The notes below the pieces were generated by a model. The model was not told the origin of the DNA, did no database searches, and saw only the letters and a list, made by a program, of their open reading frames with translations. Of a DNA stretch of 64,000 nucleotides, positions 19,355 through 29,860 are shown in pieces (position 1 is the first letter of the stretch; every line of letters begins with the position of its first letter). Made by a program: the position numbers and the translations under genes. Source of the stretch: Parcubacteria bacterium C7867-004 (lineage in GTDB: Bacteria; Patescibacteriota; Minisyncoccia; Phycocordibacterales; Phycocordibacteraceae); the NCBI GenBank assembly GCA_001189075.1, contig LFCN01000006.1, forward strand, positions 169,384 through 233,383. The letters are read 5' to 3'.

Positions 19355-20685
19355 TGAATGTCAAACGGAATCCTCGCGGCTTCGCGCTCCTGGTAGCGAT
19401 CATACTGACCTCGGTACTCCTCTCGGTAGGTCTCGCGCTTCTTGATATCGCTTACAAGCAGATCTTGCTCGCGACGACCGCGAAGCAATCGGAGCTCGCG
19501 TTCTATTCGTCCGATACGATCCTCGAGTGCGCACTCTACTGGGACCAACAGTTCAATGCATTCAGCTATGCAGCGCCTGCTGCTAGCATCACCTGCGGAG
19601 GGCAGGTGATCGTGCTTCTGTCGCCACCGAATACGAGCGTCGTCGATGGTAACGTGCGCACCACGACGCTCACGATTCCAACCGCGTCAGGCTCAAGCGG
19701 TACCGTTACTATTTTGAAAGGAAGCGGAGGGGGAACCACGGTCTATGCGACCGGCTATAACAGCGGGAATGCAAGCGACCCGAACCGAACCGAGCGCGGC
19801 CTGAAGGCGGTCTATGGCGATCTTATTGCCACACCGGTGGCTATTCCGCCTCCGCCCTCGACGAGTCGTATATTCACAATAAGTCCAGCGGTGGGAGGGA
19901 GGACGACATGGGATCTCGATGTCCATGGTCCGCTTACCCTAAGCACGGCAGGAACGTGGACCATAGTTCCAAGTTCCACGTTCAGCGCGAGTGTACGGGC
20001 GTGGGGCGCAGGTGGCGGTGGCGGTAGCCCAGGCAGGTTTGATGATACGGGTGAATACCCGTATGGCGGCGGCGGTGGATTCACCTCAGGGACAGTGAGT
20101 ATGCCTTCCGGAGGTTCAATTTCTGTTCTGGTAGGTGGAGGAGGAAGTGGCACTGGTGTTGGGGGAAGCGGCGGAGGCGGAAACGCGAACGCGTTTACGC
20201 AGCATGGCGGAGGTGGCGGTCGTTCTGCGATAACGGTAGCTGCGGTGACCCAGATCGTAGCAGGAGGAGGCGGCGGCGGCGGGTATGATTACAGCGGCGG
20301 AGCGGGAGGTGGTCTCGCAGGACAGAGGTATTCTGCGCCGGGTAGCGGTTTCGGCGGTACCCAGACTGCAGGAGGCGCAGGACCAGGAAACCCAGGAAGC
20401 CTAGGGACGGGCGGTAACGGCATAAATTACACTGGTGGAGGAGGCGGCGGGTATTACGGAGGCGGCAGCGGTAGCTCTCCTTCATATTCGGCGGGTGGTG
20501 GTGGTGGTTCCGGCTACTACGGTGGCACTCTCGTGACCGGAGGCGCAACGACGGCCGGTAGTGGTCAGACTCCGGCAGGAACGACGGATCCCCGATACGG
20601 CAGTTCAGCTGGGCGAGGAGGTGATCCCGGTGGTGGTTTTGGAGACGGAGGAAGCGGAAATCCCGGTCGTATCGTCATCTACTAA
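19345..20685 (+). CDS. PilX-like minor pilin fused to a roughly 250-aa poly-glycine domain
   Basis: RNPRG|FALLVAIILTSVLLSVGLALL N-terminus. The C-terminal half is dominated by GGGGG(S/Y/T) runs (…GGGGGGGYDYSGGAGGG…). Confidence 0.6.
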   Translation: MAMMNVKRNPRGFALLVAIILTSVLLSVGLALLDIAYKQILLATTAKQSELAFYSSDTILECALYWDQQFNAFSYAAPAASITCGGQVIVLLSPPNTSVVDGNVRTTTLTIPTASGSSGTVTILKGSGGGTTVYATGYNSGNASDPNRTERGLKAVYGDLIATPVAIPPPPSTSRIFTISPAVGGRTTWDLDVHGPLTLSTAGTWTIVPSSTFSASVRAWGAGGGGGSPGRFDDTGEYPYGGGGGFTSGTVSMPSGGSISVLVGGGGSGTGVGGSGGGGNANAFTQHGGGGGRSAITVAAVTQIVAGGGGGGGYDYSGGAGGGLAGQRYSAPGSGFGGTQTAGGAGPGNPGSLGTGGNGINYTGGGGGGYYGGGSGSSPSYSAGGGGGSGYYGGTLVTGGATTAGSGQTPAGTTDPRYGSSAGRGGDPGGGFGDGGSGNPGRIVIY

Positions 20686-20721
20686 GCATTGGCGTTTTCG
20701 CAATATTGCGAAACGGCATAG

Positions 20722-22749
<2,028 letters not shown>

Positions 22750-22761
22750 TAGAGTAGCCGC

Positions 22762-23055
22762 ATGGCTACGAAAGAGGAGGTACAGAAGCTCGCATCGCTC
22801 TCTCGCATCGAGGTTCCCGAAGCGGATCTCGAGCGTTTTGCTGCCGAATTCGACTCGTTGATCGGGTACGTCGGAAAGCTTGATGAGCTCGAGCTTCCCG
22901 ATATGAAGGATATGAAGATCCCTGAGGTCCGGAATGTATTCCGCGAGGATGGGGAACCGGACGAGATCGGTGCGTGGACCGAAAAGCTCTTGGCGCAGTT
23001 CCCGGAGAAGGACGGGAATCTACTTTCGGTTAAGCAGATCATTTCACATGACTAA
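22762..23055 (+). CDS. gatC: Asp/Glu-tRNA amidotransferase subunit C
   Basis: 97 aa GatC-like protein. The stop overlaps the gatA start (ATGACTAA). Confidence 0.8.
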   Translation: MATKEEVQKLASLSRIEVPEADLERFAAEFDSLIGYVGKLDELELPDMKDMKIPEVRNVFREDGEPDEIGAWTEKLLAQFPEKDGNLLSVKQIISHD

Positions 23056-24481
23056 GCCCTTGAACGAGCTTTCCATAGCTGAGGCGGCGCATGGTTTGCG
23101 CGCAAAGGAGTTCACGGTTCGTGAGCTCTGGGATGCGTGCATTGGTGCTGCGAACGAGCGTAACGCGGAGCTGAACGCATATCTCGAACTCTTTGCGGCT
23201 GACGATGCGGCGATAGCGGCAGCGCAGGAGCGTATCGATCGCGAAGGGGATGCGGCACCGCTCCTCTGCGGCATACCGCTCGCGATGAAGGACAATATCC
23301 TCATAGACGGACATGTCGCGAGCGCGTCTTCGAAGATGCTCGCCAATTACACCGCGACCTATGACGCTACCGTAACGAAGAAGCTGAAAGAAGCAGGAGC
23401 ACTGTTCATCGGCCGCACGAACATGGACGAGTTCGCGATGGGTTCCTCTACCGAGCACTCCGCGTACGGCTCGTCGAAGAATCCGTATGACATCTCGCGC
23501 GTTCCCGGTGGTTCTTCAGGCGGTTCGGCGTCGGCTGTTGCCGGAAACATGGCTCTAGCTGCGCTCGGTACCGATACGGGAGGCTCCATCCGCCAGCCGG
23601 CTGCGCATACGGGACTTGTGGGCATGAAGCCTACCTACGGACGCATCTCGCGCAGCGGCCTCATCGCGCTTGGTAGCTCGCTCGATCAGGCAGGACCGCT
23701 TGCGAAGACCGTCGCGGACGCGAAAGCGATTTACGACGTGATGAAGGGTACCGATCCTCTCGACTCAACTACTATCGCCGACGACACGTATCCGCTTCAC
23801 GAGTCCGGAGAATCCCTTCGCATCGGCGTTCCGCGCCATCTGCTTGAAGAGGGACTCGACAGCGATGTCTGTGCGCGTTTCGACGAGACGCTCGAGCGCC
23901 TTACCGCTGCCGGACACACCCTCGTCGATGTCGAGCTTCCGACGAGCGAGTACGCGCTTCCCGCGTACTACGTCATCATGCCGGCAGAAGCCTCCGCGAA
24001 TCTCGCTCGTTTTGACGGTATCCGGTATGGCCATGCCCCGAGAGGGAAAACTCTTCTTGAGGACTACACCAAGAGCAAGACGGAAGGATTCGGTCCCGAG
24101 ACCATTCGCCGCATCCTGCTCGGCACCTTCGTGCTCTCTTCAGGCTATATCGATGCATACTACCGCAAGGCGGATAAGACGCGCGGAGTGCTCCGTGCCG
24201 AATACGATGCTGCGTTTACGTCGTGCGACGTTATCGCGTTCCCGACGACGCCCTCGCCTGCGTTCCGCTTCGGCGAGAAGTCGGATCCCGTTTCCATGTA
24301 CCTCGAGGATATCTTCACGGTTACCGCGAATCTTACCGGCATGCCTGCGATATCGGTTCCGATGGGTATGGTTGAGCGTGATGGAACACAGCTCCCGACC
24401 GGCATTCATTTCACCGCGCCGCACGGAGCTGACGACCTTCTGTTCAAAATAGGCGCAGTCGTAACCGGAGAGACGCTATAA
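23048..24481 (+). CDS. gatA: Asp/Glu-tRNA amidotransferase subunit A (amidase signature)
   Basis: GGSSGGSASAVA amidase signature with Ser-cisSer-Lys context. The start is corrected from 22934 to ATG 23048, which is coupled to the gatC stop. Confidence 0.9.
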   Translation: MTKPLNELSIAEAAHGLRAKEFTVRELWDACIGAANERNAELNAYLELFAADDAAIAAAQERIDREGDAAPLLCGIPLAMKDNILIDGHVASASSKMLANYTATYDATVTKKLKEAGALFIGRTNMDEFAMGSSTEHSAYGSSKNPYDISRVPGGSSGGSASAVAGNMALAALGTDTGGSIRQPAAHTGLVGMKPTYGRISRSGLIALGSSLDQAGPLAKTVADAKAIYDVMKGTDPLDSTTIADDTYPLHESGESLRIGVPRHLLEEGLDSDVCARFDETLERLTAAGHTLVDVELPTSEYALPAYYVIMPAEASANLARFDGIRYGHAPRGKTLLEDYTKSKTEGFGPETIRRILLGTFVLSSGYIDAYYRKADKTRGVLRAEYDAAFTSCDVIAFPTTPSPAFRFGEKSDPVSMYLEDIFTVTANLTGMPAISVPMGMVERDGTQLPTGIHFTAPHGADDLLFKIGAVVTGETL

Positions 24482-24485
24482 TCTG

Positions 24486-25082
24486 GTGATGGAAGAGACC
24501 GCGAGCGGGCCCATCAACTTCATCAACGTCGAATATTTCTTCCGCCTCCTCTATGAGGCGGTAACACAGCTACGAACCGGATCGTTCGGTGGAGATTGGC
24601 TGATGCTCGCTTCGACTATCTGGATGTTCGTGACGCTGATATCACTCGTGATCTCGGCAGCATTCCTCACGCTCCTCATCCACTCGCATTTCAGGCTGCA
24701 TCGAGTACTCGACGGAGAGGAGGATAATTTCTCGACGATACATCCCGAAGTAGCAGAAGTGACCCGCGATCATAATCGCTGGGGCCATATCCGTGCACTT
24801 ATCGAGAGTCCGCATGAGAACGACTGGCGCCAGGCGATCATCGAGGCGGATATCATGCTCGACGATCTGCTCTCCCAGCTGGGGTATCCGGGAGTGGGAG
24901 TGGGGGAGAAACTGCGCGCGGTTGATCCGAGTCGTTTCCGGACGCTGGATAATGCGTGGGAGGCGCATAAGGTGCGGAATGAGATAGCGCACCAGGGCAT
25001 GTCGACTCCGCTTGAAGAGCACCGGGCGCATCGCACCATCGCGCACTATGAGGCGGTGATGCGGGAGCACGGAGAGATTTAA
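24486..25082 (+). CDS. Membrane-anchored protein with a C-terminal HEPN-like Rx4H motif
   Basis: TM helices (WLMLASTIWMFVTLISLVISAAFLTLLIH) followed by a soluble domain ending …WEAHKVRNEIAHQG (R-x4-H). Confidence 0.45.
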   Translation: MMEETASGPINFINVEYFFRLLYEAVTQLRTGSFGGDWLMLASTIWMFVTLISLVISAAFLTLLIHSHFRLHRVLDGEEDNFSTIHPEVAEVTRDHNRWGHIRALIESPHENDWRQAIIEADIMLDDLLSQLGYPGVGVGEKLRAVDPSRFRTLDNAWEAHKVRNEIAHQGMSTPLEEHRAHRTIAHYEAVMREHGEI

Positions 25083-25136
25083 ATCTCCCTGCATACCAGT
25101 TGCAAGTTCAATAATAAGTAGTATATTGCTAGCTAT

Positions 25137-25206
25137 AGCGGGGTAGAGGAGAGGTACCTCGGGAGGCTCATAACCTCCAGACGCCGGTTCGATTCCGGCC
25201 CCCGCA
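25137..25206 (+). tRNA. tRNA-Met (CAT), initiator-like, no encoded CCA
   Basis: AGCGGGGTAGAGGAGAGGTACCTCGGGAGGCTCATAACCTCCAGACGCCGGTTCGATTCCGGCCCCCGCA. The 3' end …CCGGCCCCCGCAA matches bacterial fMet tRNA. Position 1 pairs with 72 as an unpaired A·A, and A11:U24 is present. Confidence 0.75.
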
Positions 25207-25210
25207 ACAA

Positions 25211-25250
25211 GATATAAGAAAACCGCCGAAAGGCGGTTTTCTTATATCTC
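25211..25250. terminator. 17-bp perfect palindrome terminator
   Basis: gatataagaaaaccgcc-gaaa-ggcggttttcttatatc. Confidence 0.55.
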
Positions 25251-25323
25251 TGTAGAAGCACAAATCCTCTTATGCAAATAGTCTGGCGTTTACATTGCAC
25301 CGATCATTGCTACAGTAATCTAT

Positions 25324-25854
25324 ATGAGCGAAGGACCAGGAAAATATTTCAATAAGGCACCGGTGCCTGAGAGACAGACGCAACAAGAATCTTCCGAGGG
25401 AGAGCGGACCAATCAGGCACTCGGGGAGTTTGCAGCAGCTTTTGGTTTAGATCAGGAAAGGGTCATTAAACACTTTGCGAGCCTGAGTTCAAGGAAAGGA
25501 CCCATGGAAGCAGTCGCTGATCTGTTTAGTGAGGCAGCGCATGTGCAGCATTATGGGCCTGCTGATGCTGGAAAGTATCAAAAGCTCGTTGTTGGGGCGC
25601 TCGGTCCCGGATACACCGCTCTGCTACCCACGCCAGGTCAAACGTTTGACCCAAACATTCACGAAGATACATCGACTGCCACTAAGCAGTGGGATCCGAA
25701 TACGCAGGCGGCATTTGTGCCAAAAATATTTAGTGTCATCTTGCCAGGCATCTCGGGCCCCGAAGGCAGTACGGTCAAAAGTTTGATCTCAACAAGTAGC
25801 AGTAGCTATAGTTTCCTTGCTCAAGAGAGATCCAATCGACGTAAGGCTGCTTAG
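25324..25854 (+). CDS. Hypothetical protein in a lower-GC islet
   Basis: 176 aa with no recognisable motif. Flanked by two near-identical palindromes. Confidence 0.4.
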   Translation: MSEGPGKYFNKAPVPERQTQQESSEGERTNQALGEFAAAFGLDQERVIKHFASLSSRKGPMEAVADLFSEAAHVQHYGPADAGKYQKLVVGALGPGYTALLPTPGQTFDPNIHEDTSTATKQWDPNTQAAFVPKIFSVILPGISGPEGSTVKSLISTSSSSYSFLAQERSNRRKAA

Positions 25855-25865
25855 TTTCGAAAGCA

Positions 25866-25908
25866 TGATAAGAGAAAACCGCCGAAAGGCGGTTTTCTCT
25901 TTATCATG
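25866..25908. terminator. Palindromic hairpin sharing the core of the 25211 hairpin
   Basis: atgataagagaaaaccgcc-gaaa-ggcggttttctctttatcat. Confidence 0.5.
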
Positions 25909-25982
25909 CTCCATGAGTTTTGTGTGGAGAGAAGGCTATCCACGAGACCGAGAATGCTACTATTCGTGTACGTATTTCTTTG

Positions 25983-27014
25983 ATGGGAAAAAGTATCTTT
26001 CTTAAGGGATCAAAGCAGCGACCCCGCGTTTCTTCGGAGTACCTGATCATTCCCAATAAATATTCTTTCCAGCTCATACAGAGCGTCAAGACACCGATCG
26101 CGACACCGGTCGCGCAGGAGGCGCATATCGCCGCTGCGGCTCCAGAACCTCTGGCGGCCGAAGCAGTTGCTCCGGTACTGGCTCAAGCGCCGCAGCAAGA
26201 GATTCCGAAAGTAACAGCCAAGCGCATCGAGCAAGAGCCGAAGACTGGCGTCGATGAAAGCAAGAGGCTCTTTCTCCGGCTTGCTGGGGTGGCGGGGCTC
26301 GGCGTGGTCGCGGCGACGGTGCTCCCCAAGAGCGCGCAGGCATATGTCATGGGAAGCTCGCCTACCTCAGGGGTCGTGGGGGTAAAGAACGCGGCCAATA
26401 CGCGTATCGATCCCGCTACAGAAGGTGGCAATCTCGCCTCAATAAAGACGAATACTGATCCGTTCAATGCCTCCGGAGCCGGCGGGTACGTGCGTCAGGA
26501 CTCCACCGGGACCATAGCGAAGGAAACCGGAGGGAATCTCGCGACCATCGCGGGGAAGGATTTCGCTACGCAGGCGACGCTCGCGGAGATCAAGGCGCAG
26601 ACCGACAAGTTCACCTTCAGTGGAAGCAACCTGCTCACATCGGGAGGCGGCGGAGGGGGAGGTGCGGTAACGGTCAACGACACGACCGATACGCAGATAA
26701 ACCCCGCGACCGACGACAGCGCGATGCTGCTGAGAAGGCTTGTGCGCCAAGTCGATTCGCTCGCTGTAGTCGACTCCGCGCAGCGCCAGAAGGTAACGAT
26801 CGATTCGATCACCGGTTCGCTCACGTTGAGCACCATTACGACGGTCGGTACGGTTACGGCTGTTACGACCGTATCGACGGTCACCACCGTCAGCACACTC
26901 ACGTCTGCAACCAACCTCGTTGCGCTCGGCGGCGTCGACGGTCGTTATCTACATATAGATACAGCGAGGAACATGTATGCTAACGGTATTCGCACGAATC
27001 TTCTGTTCTCCTAA
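25983..27014 (+). CDS. Membrane-anchored hypothetical protein with Tat-like signal-anchor and NLAxIKxxTDxF repeats
   Basis: KRLFLRLAGVAGLGVVAATVLPKSAQA hydrophobic segment about 95 aa from ATG 25983. Three repeats (NLASIKTNTDPF, NLATIAGKDF, TLAEIKAQTDKF), a poly-Gly stretch and a T/V-rich tail. The start is uncertain; the track gives 25920. Confidence 0.45.
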   Translation: MGKSIFLKGSKQRPRVSSEYLIIPNKYSFQLIQSVKTPIATPVAQEAHIAAAAPEPLAAEAVAPVLAQAPQQEIPKVTAKRIEQEPKTGVDESKRLFLRLAGVAGLGVVAATVLPKSAQAYVMGSSPTSGVVGVKNAANTRIDPATEGGNLASIKTNTDPFNASGAGGYVRQDSTGTIAKETGGNLATIAGKDFATQATLAEIKAQTDKFTFSGSNLLTSGGGGGGGAVTVNDTTDTQINPATDDSAMLLRRLVRQVDSLAVVDSAQRQKVTIDSITGSLTLSTITTVGTVTAVTTVSTVTTVSTLTSATNLVALGGVDGRYLHIDTARNMYANGIRTNLLFS

Positions 27015-27020
27015 TTTTGC

Positions 27021-29858
27021 ATGGCTGTTACCAACAATCTGAAGCCGCAAGTAGACCTCCCTGTCTGGGAGTGGTGCCGCTTTACGCCTACCGCAACTGT
27101 CGCCCTTTCAGGGATGGCCACAGCCGATGATGGTAGCGCTCGCTTTATCTATTACATCTCCGCTTCCTCGTTCTATCGATATGACACGTACGCCGATGCG
27201 TGGCAGCAGCTCGCGACTCCGAACACTGCTCCATTCGCGGCACTCTCGCTTAGGTATACCGGATTCCGTGGATACCACGGAAGGGTACTGAGTGCGGGCG
27301 CAACCAGCGTGCAGATCGGTGGACTCCGTGGAGCAACGCTCAACGGGAAGACCATAAAGATACTTAGTGGTCCAGGAATAGGCCAGGAGCGCGTACTCAC
27401 GTTCACTGGAGAGACCATCCACGATATGGGTGTGATCACGGCGACGACGACGCTCACGCTTGCTGATTCCACGAAGAAGTGGAAGTTCAATCAGTGGTCG
27501 GGATACGTCGTCGGTATCACGTTCGGCACGGACGCGACCCAATACAAGAAGATCCTCTATAACGATGCAACCACGCTGTATATCAGTGACGCGAACCTCC
27601 AGCCCCACGATCCCTGGAATAACCAGCCGTTCGCTGCGATAGCGCCGTATGCGCTCCCGGTCACGACCGCCGGTTCGCAAGCGCACTTCCAGATTATTTC
27701 CCAGACGTATTCGGTTGATGCGTGGACTGTACAGCCCGACTACCGTTCGAATTACACTACCAATACCGGCGGCGTATACCTATTCTCCGGCTCTAACTCC
27801 GCACCCTTTTTCACGCTCCAGTACTACGACATCATTCATGACTCGTGGCAGACCAAGACCTGTAACCAGGCACTGCTCGCCGCGACGCTCAGTACCGACT
27901 GTACGTTCGAGCGCATGGCCAAGACCGGTACCGCATTCCTCTCCTCCACGGCGACCGCAGGCGCGGCCCGTACGCTCACCGACTCCGTACAGACGATGAC
28001 CGTCGATCGGTATGCGAACTATCGCGTGCTCATAACGGGAGGAACTGGCATCGGCCAGAGCCGCAGGATCATCTGCAACACTGCGACCGTTTTCACGGTG
28101 AACAAGGCGTGGGACACGAATCCGGACGCCACTTCGACCTATGAGATATGGGGAGACTATGACAAGGCGTTCTTCTCCGGTCATGCTGGAGCAGCGATGC
28201 TTCAGTATTCACCTTCAAACGATTTCTGGATGCAGGGTGCCAGCTTCGATGACGGTGTGGTCGCGAACATCGGCGTGAAGATGAGCGGATGGGAAGCACT
28301 CGGTGTGACTACCGGCGCAAGGATCGCCGCGGGCGTGACAGCAGTGAATGCGACCCCGACTGCGGGAGGTACGGGATATTTGGTGGGTGACATCCTGACG
28401 TGTTCGGTGGGCGGTACGGCAGCCCGCGTCATCGTTACAGCCATAGCGCCGACTGGCATCGTGAGTACTATCGAGCTCGTCGCGGCGGGTACCGGCACGG
28501 GCTTTACGACCGGCACCGGTAAGGCGACGACTGGCGGCACCGGCTCCGGCTGCACCATCGAGATAACCTCAGTCGGCGCTACGTGTCTTGTCACTACCGC
28601 TTCCGCAAACTGGTTCAAGACCGGAGACTCAGTAACATTCTCCGGATGTTCTGACAGCGCCTATAACGTCGCACACACCATTCTCGGCGCGGGTTCCACT
28701 ACAACCTTTGATGTCGCGACCTCAGCGGCAGGTTCCATGGCCGCTTCGAACTCGCAGTCGACCACCGTAATCGTCGATGCGTCGAAGAGCTGGACCACGA
28801 ATGAGCATGTCGGAAAGCTCGTACATCTCTCGGTCGCAGGCACTGCTCCTACTGCGCAGATCCGATGGATAACCGCCAATACCGCGACCACACTTACAGT
28901 CGCGACCATAGTCGCGGGAGTGAACGGTACCTCGAAGTACGCTATCTATGATTCGAAAGTGTTCGGTACGGATAATCAGTTCAAGCCCGCCAACCAGCAG
29001 AACTGGGGTCATGCGTCCGGCGGCTCGACCACGACGCTCATCGACGCATCGAAGAGCTGGGTTGTGAATGCCTGGGCAGGGTACAAGCTCCGTATAGAAT
29101 CAGGAACAGGTTTTGCAACCGGCATAATCTCTATCACCTCGAACACAGCGACGACGCTCACCTATACCACCCAGGGATTCACGCCGGACGCGACGACACA
29201 CTACGAGATTGCCGACAGCTGGGGACTCATGACGGCGGCATCGACCACCACCGTAACCGAGACCACGACCAAGAACTGGACAACGAACATGTGGGCAGGA
29301 AAGAGGATTCGCATCACGGGCGGTACCTCGCCGGGGCAGGAGGTAGCGATAACATCGAACACCGCAACCGTCATAACGATGGCAACGGTAACGCTCCCTG
29401 ATACCACCTCTACCTATGCGATACTCGGTGCTCCAGCACGCGGTGCGGGTACTCAGCTTATATGGATATGGGGGAATTCAGACGCAACAACGAAAGGGAG
29501 GTTGATGCTTTCGCCACGAGGCGGCGCTTCGAACACGTTCGATCTCTATGACATACCGACCGCACGGTGGGTGTACGGCTATTTCATATCTCCCCAAGCC
29601 GAGACGTTCACGACAGGATCCATGTATGCGTATGACGGGGAGAATACCGTGTATCTCCAGAAAGACGCGACCGGAAGGGTGTTCGCGTACAATGTATCGA
29701 CCAATGCGGTCAGTGCGCTCGGTACGATCCCGTACGGTCATTCGACCGCTATCATCGGGAACCGAATGGAGATAGTCGAGACCACGGATGGTCTCAAGTA
29801 CCTCTACATGATGCGTCATACGGGATCCGAGATGTGGCGCATGCTCATCTTCTTTTAA
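27021..29858 (+). CDS. 945-aa repeat protein with five copies of a roughly 45-aa module
   Basis: Recurrent (T/L)(A/I/V)D(A/S)(S/T)K(K/S)W(T/K)(T/V)N…W(A/S)G…(I/L)…G(T/G)(G/A)…GQ…I…SNTATT(L/V)T(V/Y) blocks at about aa 145, 310, 600, 675 and 755. No signal peptide. Confidence 0.55.
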   Translation: MAVTNNLKPQVDLPVWEWCRFTPTATVALSGMATADDGSARFIYYISASSFYRYDTYADAWQQLATPNTAPFAALSLRYTGFRGYHGRVLSAGATSVQIGGLRGATLNGKTIKILSGPGIGQERVLTFTGETIHDMGVITATTTLTLADSTKKWKFNQWSGYVVGITFGTDATQYKKILYNDATTLYISDANLQPHDPWNNQPFAAIAPYALPVTTAGSQAHFQIISQTYSVDAWTVQPDYRSNYTTNTGGVYLFSGSNSAPFFTLQYYDIIHDSWQTKTCNQALLAATLSTDCTFERMAKTGTAFLSSTATAGAARTLTDSVQTMTVDRYANYRVLITGGTGIGQSRRIICNTATVFTVNKAWDTNPDATSTYEIWGDYDKAFFSGHAGAAMLQYSPSNDFWMQGASFDDGVVANIGVKMSGWEALGVTTGARIAAGVTAVNATPTAGGTGYLVGDILTCSVGGTAARVIVTAIAPTGIVSTIELVAAGTGTGFTTGTGKATTGGTGSGCTIEITSVGATCLVTTASANWFKTGDSVTFSGCSDSAYNVAHTILGAGSTTTFDVATSAAGSMAASNSQSTTVIVDASKSWTTNEHVGKLVHLSVAGTAPTAQIRWITANTATTLTVATIVAGVNGTSKYAIYDSKVFGTDNQFKPANQQNWGHASGGSTTTLIDASKSWVVNAWAGYKLRIESGTGFATGIISITSNTATTLTYTTQGFTPDATTHYEIADSWGLMTAASTTTVTETTTKNWTTNMWAGKRIRITGGTSPGQEVAITSNTATVITMATVTLPDTTSTYAILGAPARGAGTQLIWIWGNSDATTKGRLMLSPRGGASNTFDLYDIPTARWVYGYFISPQAETFTTGSMYAYDGENTVYLQKDATGRVFAYNVSTNAVSALGTIPYGHSTAIIGNRMEIVETTDGLKYLYMMRHTGSEMWRMLIFF

Positions 29859-29860
29859 TT

